A DNA stretch of 64,000 nt from Octopus sinensis. Its lineage: Eukaryota. Positions 39,675 to 50,735 of this stretch are shown in pieces (position 1 is the first letter of the stretch; each line of letters begins with the position of its first letter). The notes beneath the pieces were generated by a model, which saw only the letters and a list, made by a program, of their open reading frames with translations, did not search any database and had not been told where the DNA came from. The stretch is taken from positions 139,218 to 203,217 of the forward strand of contig NW_021833025.1 in assembly GCF_006345805.1 (NCBI RefSeq), in the 5' to 3' direction. The position numbers and the translations under genes are program-made.

Positions 39675-39712
39675 CACGCTCAACCAGACCATCCCACTCG
39701 GTATCCAAGCAC
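39675..39712 (-). rRNA. 3' remnant of 5.8S rRNA (rest deleted)
   Basis: Reverse strand gtgcttggataccgagtgggatggtctggttgagcgt resembles the 5.8S 3' end. The conserved gatgaagaacg core is absent between here and the SSU. Confidence 0.55.
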
Positions 39713-39868
39713 AAAAATCAAAAGGACTACCACCTGTTTGAGTCTAACAACTCTACGGTAGTCACCCTTATGGCTGGCTTTGCCTAACTTGAACTTCTCA
39801 ACAGAACCAGACACAAATTAGCTAACTGCACGCAAGCAGCAACCAGTTAAACGACTACATCGTCTCAG

Positions 39869-40472
39869 TAGTGATCCTTCTGCAGGTTCACCTTTAGAAA
39901 CCTTGTTACGACTTTTACTTCCTTTAAATGAGTAAGCTCGGGTGTCTTCTTGCATGCTATAGCACACGATCCAAAAACCTCACCAAATCATTCATCGGTA
40001 GTAGCGATGGGCGGTGTCTACAAAGAGCAGGGATGTAATTATTGCATGCTAATGACCTGCGATTATTAGGAATTCCTTGTGCACGAAGAATAATTACAAG
40101 CTGTCCTGCCACGAAAAAAATTTCAAGGCTTAGTTCGCTTTTCCAAGCAAAACCCCCCTTGCTTTCTTCATTGTAGCACGCGTGCGGCCCCGAACGTCTA
40201 AGGGCAATCACCGACATTTTATTGCTCATTTTCAAGTGTTTTTTACACTGATCCTTCTTAGTAGTCGAAAACTAGAATCGAAAGACTAGTAAGTAAGTCT
40301 GAGTTTCGTTCGTTATCGGAATAAACCAGACAAATCACTCCACCAACCAACAACGGCCATGCACCACTACCCACAGTATCAAGAAAAAGCTATCAGTTTG
40401 TCAATCCTCACTGTGTTCGGCCCGGGTGAGTTTTTCTGCGTTGAGTCAAATTGAGCCGCAAGCTCCACTCCT
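39869..40472 (-). rRNA. 18S/SSU rRNA 3' third, pseudogene
   Basis: gatccttctgcaggttcacc, aaccttgttacgactttt, gggcggtgt.tacaaag, acggccatgcaccac and gagtcaaatt.agccgca.gctccactcct; truncated upstream. Confidence 0.95.
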
Positions 40473-40739
40473 CAATTCTAAGAGCATCCACACGTCACTC
40501 AAATATCCGGTAGAAGCATTACCTGCGACTTGACCTTCTGAGGACAACTCGATTCCAAAATTTCTTGTAAAAATTTTCCTTGCAAAATTGATTTTTCCCT
40601 AAAAAAACATTTGTCTTCCACAACTTTATAAAAATTGCCTTTAATCATGCATAGCTTGACTATTTCAATATACAAATACTGCCCTACCTTCGTAGTACTA
40701 AAGACTGTAAGGCTTGTTGATGGGGTTAGTAAATAACTA

Positions 40740-41178
40740 AAGTACTATAAGATCAATCAAAACTTATAAATATCTCGAATAATTCCATTTACGCGGCATA
40801 TGAGAGCCAGGATAAAATAAACATCCACTGAAGGACAAAAAAGACGACGTTCTAAAAGTAGTTGAAAAAATACTTAAGGGCACTTAAAATATAAATGAAT
40901 GTTGACTTACTTGTCTACTGATCCAAAGTGTTAGTAGCAAATTTTCACTTCTCCAGGAATCTTTGTTCAGTTTAAAGTATAGCTGGTGTGCAGAAAGTGC
41001 TGGAAGTGAAAATAATACCTATTTATTAACTTGGGATGGGCTGATAACTCAAAAATTTCTACAATATGAACGTTTGCTTAACATCAATGAGAGAACGCAT
41101 GAATATTTTCAATCACTAACAACAAAGAAAATCCTCGATAGCATTATTGTCTTTTTTAGAAACACAGTTGAGCCGTAA
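40740..41178 (+). mobile_element. Degraded R4/NeSL-like RLE retrotransposon
   Basis: YLLTWDGLITQK...YFQSLTTKKILDSI is homologous to the 38339 copy. Confidence 0.6.
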
Positions 41179-41429
41179 GAAAGGATGTTTGAACTGGACA
41201 AAAGAAGTTTGGATTAGGTCGGTGTGTTGATCACAGTGAAGTTGAATCTTGTTTGTCTTAAATAGACGATTCTAAATTGGATAATTCTTTAGTTGGGAAT
41301 ATAAAACTGGAGCCTGTTCCTTATAAAGAACCCAAAGAAAACTGTCAAAAGCAGTTTGATAAATGGTTTCAACACTACTTTTATGAAACTAAGCTCCGTT
41401 AGAAGTTCTATTTTTATAATTCTATCTTT

Positions 41430-41773
41430 AATTCTATTTTTAACTATGAATTTAATCTTCCAGGGAGAGTACGATATCGGAGATTTGAACATCTGCCTAA
41501 ACCTGAAGTGCACAAGATTAATTCATAAAATAGCTGCATTGTGATCGTCGTACTTGTGCTCAACGCGCAAGATTGATCCATTTCCTCCAAATGTGATCAA
41601 ACATCCAATATCCTTTAGGTTTGCTGAGAAAAAAGGTTCCTCACCGAGGTCACTTGCTTTATCATCCTCAACAACAACCTGAATGCTGTTTTCTTTTTGA
41701 AAAGAGATAAACTGTTCACGAATTTTTTTGATAAAAAATTTTTAGCTCAGGGGAAAAAGACCATTGTTTTCAT
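41430..41773 (-). pseudogene. ppnK: Bacterial-type NAD kinase pseudogene (N-terminal half)
   Basis: MKTMVFFP ... IQVVVEDDKASDLGEEPFFSANLKDIGCLITFGGNGSILRVEHKY...AIL*INLVHF..ADVQISDIVLSLED. GGDGT has decayed to GGNGS; stops and frameshifts; no introns. Confidence 0.72.
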
Positions 41774-42332
41774 TGGACTTTGGCAGTTTGTCTTGAAAAA
41801 GTCTTTAAGACCTGTATAGGAATATTGTCGAGGGAAAGTCCAAATCTTTTTAACAAATCTTCATCACTACCATGCTGCACAAATTCTTAAGAAACTCCAA
41901 AGTTTTAAATGAGTAAATGAGTCAAGTCTTCTTAGACGATAAAAGATTTGATAATCAATCATATGAGACCTTGAAGTGCATTTTCTTTAATTGTAACAAT
42001 ACCTCGAGAGTTTTCAAAGTGTCTTTTCAGGAACTTTGTATCCAAAGGTTTAACAAAAATCGGGTCAATGACGGTACCATCAATGCCTTCTAACAAACAA
42101 AAGTTCGCATGTTTGCATAGCAATATTCACCATGTAACCCAGAGCTACTATCGTCAGATTTTTTTAAAAAATTTTCCCTCGCCAAAAGGAACTTGTTCGA
42201 TTGGAATCTACCTTCTTAAGTTAGGATACTGGATAGCAGTTGAAAGGTTCCATTCAAAAAGACTTTCTAGAAAAATCTTTAGCATATTCCCATCTCTAGG
42301 GTGCGTGATGACCATATTTGGCGCGGATTTAA
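41770..42332 (-). pseudogene. dxs: Bacterial 1-deoxy-D-xylulose-5-phosphate synthase pseudogene (C-terminal domain)
   Basis: APNMVITHPRDG..LESLFEW..TAIQYPN, LTIVALGYM, GIDGTVIDPIFVKPLD, IVTIKENALQG and NFGVS*EFVQHGSDEDLLKRFGL, with several stops and frameshifts. Confidence 0.82.
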
Positions 42333-43524
42333 ATTATTTAATCATCAAAATTATTTAATAAATATTTCAAATGTAGCAAGCAGCCTAGTGAGTGATTCCA
42401 GTTTTTAAATGTTTGAATTTTTCATAAAATTCATCTGTTTATATTTCTCTAAACTGTTAATCAATTAGAATAAAAACTCTTCTCTTTAAAGTTAGATTAT
42501 TTGAATTTTTTAGCATAAAACGTGTATTAGAGAAAACTGGTCATTGGCAGATAGCCAGAGTATTTCCTCTGACTATGGCTATGGATATTCTTTTGGTTAA
42601 ATACCGGTGCTCACACGGGTCGCGGGTAACCCTTTCCATTAGTGAGCCAATCCGCTGGAGCAGGCTCCGAGTAGAAGACCCGAAAATTGAAATTTGGTTG
42701 TATATATAATTACATCTTGACTAAAAATGATTATATTCCCCCTGAATTATTTTATATTTCCAAATTTAATTATCTAAATTGGCCATTAATCCCAGCAGGA
42801 ATCTGAATTAAAATTTGTACATTTTAAAATTAAAAGCAATTAGTAGTTAGTTATTTAGATCAAATGTTAAAATAACATCTATAATGTAAGTTTGTTTAAT
42901 AAAATTAAAAAATTATTATTCCTTTTTTTTAAAAATTATTATTATTCCAAATACAATTTTATATTAAAAAAAGTATAAAAAAGTAAAAATAGCATTTTAT
43001 CAGTAAAATCGTTCTACTGATAAGCATGTCATTAAAGAATATTCAACGTGTTGATTATGATTAATCATGTCATTACTAAATTCGAAATAAGATAAAATAG
43101 TTTAATTTGGCACTATTAAAGGATTCAGTTTAGATTTTTGGTATATTCTGAGGATACATCAAATTGTTGACAAACTAGGTTAAATCAATGAGACAGAAAT
43201 AATACTTTATTGATGGGGATTTGATACTAAGATCAAATTCTTTACTAAAACTGCTTTATTTATATTAATCTTTATGGAAACTCTTGTTGTTTCCCTTGAG
43301 ACTTAATTAAGTAATTAAAACTTCTGGTTCACAATCTGTGAGGCTGGGAGGGCGTCCTAAACTGCGTAGTCTTAAACAAACTTCCTCCTTTTCTAACTTA
43401 ACTTTTGTAAACAAATTTATATTTTATAAATTAATATACGATTTAATATTTAAATTATCAATAACTTGCGGTTGTCCTGGCGATGCGTGCCATATATAAA
43501 ATGTCTAATTAATACGAATTATCA

Positions 43525-46500
43525 ATGCGTGGTAGCTTCAGGAAATCGTTAAATCCAGGTAATTAATAAAAAAATTCAAGTTTAATTCAGAGACAGAAAG
43601 AACTGTTTTGTCAAACACTGGGACTCAACAGTGCACGCCATTTTGCGTAAAAGTCTACTTTTCTATTCTAGACCAACCTAATTATTACCTCAAAGTATAC
43701 GTGGTATTCATTTTTACCAATAAATATGTATGAACAATTCTCGAGGGTTTCCAACGCTTATTTTTTAGTATTAATGATTTTACAAGTTAATTAAATATTA
43801 AAATTCAGTTAATTCCGGGAATATCGTCATTATCTCCACTTACAACAATATTTCCCCTATTTATTGTGATTAGTCTGTCTGCTATAAAAGATATATATGA
43901 CGATTACGTGAGGCATAAGAACGATGACGAAGTCAATAACCGACATTGTTTAATTTTCCGTGATGGAGAATATTCCCCTGTAAAGTGGAGAGATGTGGTA
44001 GTGGGTGATATTCTCAGACTCTCAAGTGAAGAGAAAGTGCCAGTATTTTTTCACTATCTTCATTTCCAGGCTGACATTGTGTTACTTAGTACCAGCGACG
44101 ACGGAATTTGTCTTGTCGAAACAGCGGAACTTGATGGGTTGCCATTAATTAACAAATTTGTGCAGAGAAACAAACTTGAAGACTCGAAATGCTCTTCCTT
44201 CCACTGTTCAGAAGTTCGCTTCTTCTAATTTGGATGATTACCTTCTAAAAGTGTCATCAGAACTGCCAAATAAAATACTTGACAAATACGAAGGAACTCT
44301 TCAAATGCAAGACGATTCCATATTTTCATTAAGCAACGAAAATGTGGTTCTTCGTGGTTGCGTAATTCGGAACACTGCTAATGTAGTTGGAATGGTTATT
44401 TTCACTGGATGTGACACAAAAATTATGATGAACTCTGGAAAACTCCGTTTAAAGCGGACACATCTTGATATGTACGTCAATACAGTCATCATGCAGGTTT
44501 CTTTTAATTGCTATTGGCAGATACTCATTTTCCTCGTTACTTCCGTTGTTGTCCTTATCATTGGGCAGGGGATTTGGGAGAAAATTTTTGGTGTCGATTT
44601 GAGATTGTATCTTCCCTGGGCGGAGTATCTTCCGTTGAATGTCGATAGTGCAATCACAGTAAAGTCTATTTTATCTTTCTTCTCTTTTGTTATTATTATG
44701 AATGCCATAATCCCGATTTCTCTCTATGTGAGGTCTGTTTTAATATCCATTTTCGTAGTGTTGAATTCATTCGTTTTTGGCAGTCACTTTTTATTAACTG
44801 GGACTTGAGAATGTGTGATTCTAACACGGGGACTTTCGCCAAAGCCCGAAGCACTAACCTTATTGAGGAATTGGGGCAGATTCAGTATATTTTCAGCGAC
44901 AAGACCGGCACCCTAACTCAAGTTTGGCTATTTGGAAAATATTTTAAGAATTTGATGAAATTTAGACAATGTTCTATTAAAGGTGTCAAATATATGGAAT
45001 TTCAGGTTTTTCTTTGCATTTACCATGGTAGGAAAAGGAACTGCGGGATCAAATTCTGGGAAATGATGATACAACTAGGCTTTTTATGGAAATACTGTCA
45101 ATCTGTCATACTGTCATGGTTGGGAACGTTAATTACGGTATTGAATTTATTGTGTTTTTAGATAGTACTCCTAATTTTCAGGCACAGTCGCCTGACGAGG
45201 GAGCTCTAGTTGAGGCAGCATGCTATTATGGATTCATATTTAAGGTTTTAGCACAAAAACAACTTTAGAGTCGAAAGAATGGTATAATTGAAATCGAAGT
45301 CAACGGGACTTCACTTTATTTCGAAATATTGGCAATCCTTGACTTTGACAATTTCCGAAAAAGAATGTCTGTTGTAGTCCGTAGAAATGGGAAAATCACG
45401 TTATTCTCGAAAGGAGCCGACACTACGATATTTCAGGTTCTATCCTCATCCAATTCCGAGTCACTTCGTAGCACTACAGAACAACACTTAAATGTAATAG
45501 TTAATGTAATTTGGAGGACTTTGCTTGTTCTGGACTCAGGACTCTTTGCTTTGCCTATAAGGAGATTAAAATAGAGGATTGGAATCGATGGTTTAGTGAC
45601 TATTCTGCTGCCAGTTTGTCTTTGACTGACAGATCTGGGATGATAAATCACTGTATCATGGAACTAGAGAAGGACCTGATTCTTTTGGGTGCCACGGGAA
45701 TCGAGGACAGATTACAAGACAACGTGGCCGATACTATTTCGTCAATTACTGCTGCAAAAATTAGAATTTGGGTACTCACGGGAGACAAATTGGGTTGCTA
45801 ACCTACTCTTTACAACTCAGAGACCGCTGTAAATATCGGGCATTCTTGCAGTTTGTTAACAAATGATATGTACGGAGTCTTCATGCTGGACAGTGAATTT
45901 AGGGATGAGGTTAAATCAAAACTGGATGGTTTTATAAACAACATCCATCACTCTCTAATGAAAATGGATATTGATTATTACCAATTCCGAGATGCATATA
46001 ACACTTTTTCGACGTGTTTTGACGGATTCCTAGGTTTTTCCCTGGTAATCACAGGCCAGGCATTGGTTTGCCCAGATTAAACTGATTCTTTTTAGGATAT
46101 TGCTCTCAGTAATTATGCCCAACTATTTGTTGAATTGACCAGTTGTTGCAAAACAGTGATTTGCTGCAGAGTCACGCCCCTACAAAAGTCACAAGTAGTC
46201 TGCTTGATCAAAAAACACAAGAAAGCGATAACACTTTCTATCGGAGATGGGGCCAATGATGTCAGCATGATCAAAGGTGTTGCGAGAGTTGAATTTACTT
46301 TAGCTGCCGATATTGGAGTTGGTATATCTGGTAAGGAAGGAAGACAGGCAGTGTTAGCTTCAGATTATTCTATCAGCCAATTCTGCTTTCTCAAGTATCT
46401 CCTCTTGTATCATGGACGTCTCTCATATTTTCGGATGTCAGCTTTTTTGTCATATTTTTTCTACAAGAGTTTCAGTTTTGCATTTGCCCAGTTCATTTAT

Positions 46501-47359
46501 GCATTTTTTTCCGCCTTCAGTGCTCAAGTCTGGAGGTTTTGTGATTTTGTAGATCTTCTATCATGTTATTTTTATGGCAACCTACAATTTGGTTTATACT
46601 TCGGTTCCCGTGCTTGTCATGGCTATTCTGGACAAGGTATATTGTGCTCAATTATCTTTCTGGATGTTCTTAACCCAGAAATGGCCACTGATCCAAAATT
46701 GTACGATTCAGGTCTAAGAAATCGGCTCTTTAACAAAAAAATATTTTTTCTGTCGGCATTTGAGGGCTGTGTGACTTCACTGGTTATCACTCTCTTCACA
46801 TACCTTGCCTTCAATGACGGGGTCGATTTAAGCGGGAAAACAATAGATGATCTCTACACAGTTCAACACGTGGGAATGACTTTACTCACTTTCGTGGTCA
46901 CATTTAGAGTTTTTTTGGATATTTGATTATAGTGTGCTTTGTACATGAGTTCTTGGACTTTTTTTCATCATTCTACAATATGGCTGTCAATTCTAGCTTA
47001 TTTCGTGGTCGTTCTTTTCCTCAGTGGGGATATTGTAAAGAGTACCGCTATTGGAGCAGCCTTCACAGTCTTGCAATCTCCTATTTTTTGGTTTTTGCTA
47101 CCATTGGTAATGACTTGTCTGCTTATGCCTGTTGCTGCTTATAAGTATCTTATTTTTTCTATTTGTGAAAGGGCTGTTCATTCTCACTTCCATCCTTCAT
47201 ATGCACGCGAGTTAGTGATGAATCCTAAAAGGAAGATACCGAAGACGACATGGAGTCGGCGTCGCGGATATGCCTTCTCTCAGGAAGAAGTATTGGCAGT
47301 TTTGGTTATATTCTTAGACTGCTATTGGAAAAAAATATATTAAGAATTCGGCTTGCTAG
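43525..47359 (+). CDS. ATP8B: P4-type ATPase (phospholipid flippase), ATP8B-like, many tiny introns
   Basis: TSKY, YEQF, DGETNLK (across a 28-nt intron), [71 protein letters not shown] and YFFYK. Confidence 0.95.
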
Positions 47360-47435
47360 TTATTAGATATTTATGATATTAAACTCTTATTTTTTATTGA
47401 AAAATTTATTTTAAATTAATTTAGTATATTTAAGG

Positions 47436-48709
47436 CAGTGGTTCCCAACCTTAAGGTGCTCGCGGAACCCTTTTGGCTAATTTATTTTTTGCGGAACCCT
47501 TCCAATTCAATTATTATAATTTCACTTAAAACATAATAGTAATAACCAAAAACAATTTTAATGTGAACATTGAGGTAATTTTTTATCATAGCATAGTTGT
47601 GTAACGTTAGGAGTTATTGTTGACAACTGTATCCTCATATCAGCGGAAGCATTAAGTTTATTTCTATATTTTGTTTTGGTGGATGTATATATTGAAAACC
47701 TTGGTACAAATCCGGAAATTTTTCCGATCATACATTTAGCTCCATCGCTACAAACATCCACACATTTATTCCAATTTATGTTTTTTGCAAAAAAATAATT
47801 TTTAATAGTGTTACTCTCCAACGATTCGCTCATTAACATGTCTTCTTCAATAATATCGTCAAAAGGGTATCGAACGAAAACCAATAAAACTGCCAATCCT
47901 TCAACATCAGTAGATTCATCAATTTGAATAGCGAAACCATTCGAATTATTCAAACGAATTAGTAACTGTGTTTCAATATTTTTCGAAAGTTCCTGAATTC
48001 GCCTTGAAATAGTATTATTTGACAAAGGAACAAGATCCAGTTTCTTAGACATTTGTTCGCCATAAATACACTCGATGATTTTTTTTGAACATGGCTTTAT
48101 AAGATTTTCGGCAATTGTATGTGCCTCTCCACAACGTGCTACAAGATAACTCACCTGTTTGATTAAAATAATTATATACTTCATAAGATGTTCTGGTCGA
48201 TTTTAAATTGTCGTCTTTCGCAAAATTGGACATTTCCAACTTGCACCTTGTAGATGCATTTAATTTGTTTTGAAAAAAGAAAATATCTTTATCCTTTAAA
48301 TGAGGATTCTTCATCAATAAATGTCTTGATAGTTTGGCAGGAACAAGAGATGTGTTAGGCATTATATGATGGCATATTACACATTCTGCCGTATGTGGTA
48401 AATCAGATCCATTCTGAGAAAACATATATGAGAGGTAGCTTTCATCATATTTTCTTTTCTAAAATTATAATTATAAAAAAACCTTTTTTTGAATATTTTT
48501 TGGAATCTCTTATGCAATTATTGTTTCTCATTAAAAATCTTATAAAATTAACCAACTAACTCAAAAGAGAAACAAGATATGAGCGTGGATGTTTAATATA
48601 TTTTAATAATTAAAAACTATTATTAAATAAATATAATAAATTTCGCGGAACCCCAAAACTGTCTCTGCGGAACCCTGGGGTTCCGCGGACCCCAGGTTGG
48701 GAACCACTG
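47436..48709 (-). mobile_element. hAT Buster-type element, internally deleted, recent insertion
   Basis: Perfect 16-bp TIR cagtggttcccaacct and perfect 8-bp TSD atttaagg. ZBED5-like ORF pieces (C2H2 BED, PLSNNTISRRI, AIQIDESTD, VCSDGA). Confidence 0.93.
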
Positions 48710-48774
48710 ATTTAAGGTATTTGGAGTTTATAGGGATGCCTACAAATTAAAAATAATGAATAGAGTTATAGCAC

Positions 48775-48930
48775 CGGGCAGTTGAATAATCGAGTATCCG
48801 TTGCTAACTTTATTGGTTCTGGGTTTAATTCCCACAGACTGCCCGTGCCGGAAATTCCAATCGCGTCTGACGGGTGGCGTCCTCATAAACATCTCATCAC
48901 ATGCGGATTCAAGTAACAAAATTTAGTTTT
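48775..48930 (+). other. tRNA-like head, possible SINE
   Basis: Stem gggcagt/actgccc encloses tgggtttaattccca, a degenerate T-arm/B-box. Confidence 0.3.
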
Positions 48931-49189
48931 TTGATAAGACGTCATAAGTTTCTAGTCTTTACAGCTCTAAGCCAATAAAAATAAAACTTTAAATACAAGA
49001 GAAACTCATTCATGGCTCAATTCGGAATTAATAAACTTGTTTTCTAATTATTTCGGACAAATCAATTAGGACCTGTCGAAATAATAAATGGACATAATAT
49101 GTCGGGTGAACTGAATTAATCCTGTCAAGTATGTAATCCTAGTGTCAGCGTGGGCCTCGACATAATAATACTGAGCACATGAAAAAATC

Positions 49190-49712
49190 GCACATGAAAA
49201 AATCGAGGATTACCTGTCAAAATACAAGATATCGATTGGTTGGCTTCAAGAGACTAAAATATCAGACGGGATAGAAGAACTGCATGGTGATTATAGACTA
49301 ATAATTTTTTTAAAAGATTCTAAACACTGAGTTCGATTCCGAAGGAGGCAGTTTTCATCCTGGGGCCAATTCTCGTTATCGTTCCCCTGCCCGTGAGGCA
49401 ACGAGTACTTCTGGCACGACACAGTTGGAAATGGGGATCTCTTATCTTCCTTCCGGTCTTAGCGTGGCGTTATGGGTTCCACCATGTCAGTTGGAAAATT
49501 CCATTCGGATATGGCAACGCTCAGGAGGCACTTAATGCCTACCGAAAAAGGACTTCTAGATCTCAGACCCTGGGACATCGTCGTCTCAGGCCGATCATGC
49601 GGGCAGGATCGAACCTTTCAGTAGGATCTCCCTCGTTCGGATCGGCGATCACGGGAATTATTATAATTAACTGGCTTACCCGTCTTTGGTCTTTAATAAA
49701 TAAATAAAATAA
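49190..49712 (+). mobile_element. Internally deleted LINE relic
   Basis: KIEDYLSKYKISIGWLQETK resembles the start of an APE domain, followed by a GC-rich segment and a (TAAA)n tail. Confidence 0.45.
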
Positions 49713-49727
49713 ACACTAAGAAATGGC

Positions 49728-50187
49728 GGTACTTTTGTCGAAGTGGTCGCAGTTTTTTTTGAAGATAATTAAAATTAATTAATTTTTCTTTTGTCGAAGT
49801 GGTCGCAGTTTTTTTAGGCCTTTTAAAAAATCTAATAATTTTTGAGGTGGAATATATTATATTTTATTTAAGTCGCTCTATCAATAATTTAAAATATTAT
49901 TAAATTTTTTACTAATTTATTTTCTAATTTTGTTAATATTATGGCGAGCATGTACCTAATATTGATATAAACTGGCACTATAGGTCACATGGAAAATTCT
50001 GTTGTGGACTTATGCAACATCAAATCCGACAGCTCCCAATAAGTAAGGAGGATGCAGTGCATTTTCTGTTAATAATATTTTAAATTATTGATAGAGCGAC
50101 TTAAATAAATATAATATATTCCACCTCAAAAATTATTAGATTTTTTAAAAGGCCTAAAAAAACTGCGACCACTTCGACAAAAGTACC
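49728..50187. mobile_element. Fold-back MITE, Merlin-like
   Basis: TIR ggtacttttgtcgaagtggtcgcag, about 110-bp inverted arms, and 8-bp TSD gaaatggc. Confidence 0.8.
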
Positions 50188-50735
50188 GAAATGGCTTTGT
50201 TGTAAGAAACAACACAGCTCACAAAATCTACCGCTACTAGACTATCAACGTCAGGACCTGGAAAGATATTTGTTCTCCTAAAGAATAGAGTCGGCTAGAC
50301 TCGTGCCTTCGTTAGATTCTTACATTAACAAAACATTTCATTACACACCAGAACAAATAGATCCACATTTATGGCATTTTTTAAAAAATTTGGCATACAA
50401 CATTGCATCGACAAAAAATTCACCTCCGAGTAAATAGAAAACGAAGGAACAGCCAATGAAATTATATATTTCATACATGAATAGAAATACTTCATTCAGA
50501 ATTTTAGGTGGAAAGAATGTGAGGTCGGAAATGAGGCTTCAATACCGATCAGAACATTAAGAAAAGAAAATTAGAATCATTTTAATTACGAAAAACTATT
50601 CGTAATGAAAGAAAAACTTTCACAAACTAGAATAAGGATAGAAAACGATAATAATAAAAAATAGTTTTATAGTCAATTTAATAAGTTAAAATTCCGTACT
50701 GAATCAAAAATTGAAAGAACCGCCGTAATTTAGCC

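Noticed and set aside
39237-40235. Protein-coding ORFs over the rDNA region, and the many antisense ORFs over LINE/CRE copies
   Set aside because: They are shadow frames of rRNA or RT sequence with no independent motifs.
40630-40690. Possible SSU 5' end remnant (catgcatagctt)
   Set aside because: The match is too short and degenerate to support.
41430-42332. Functional dxs/ppnK under an alternative genetic code
   Set aside because: TAA, TAG and TGA stops plus several frameshifts occur, and neighbouring genes read in the standard code.
48775-48860. HDV-like ribozyme
   Set aside because: A P1-like stem is present, but the L3 loop is too long and there is no P1.1 GG.
49340-49700. RNase P/MRP or tRNA-like ncRNA (gggtctgaga and ggttcgatcc on the minus strand)
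   Set aside because: The CR-I GGAA and CR-V motifs are absent. The (TAAA)n tail and the upstream APE-like peptide fit a LINE relic better.
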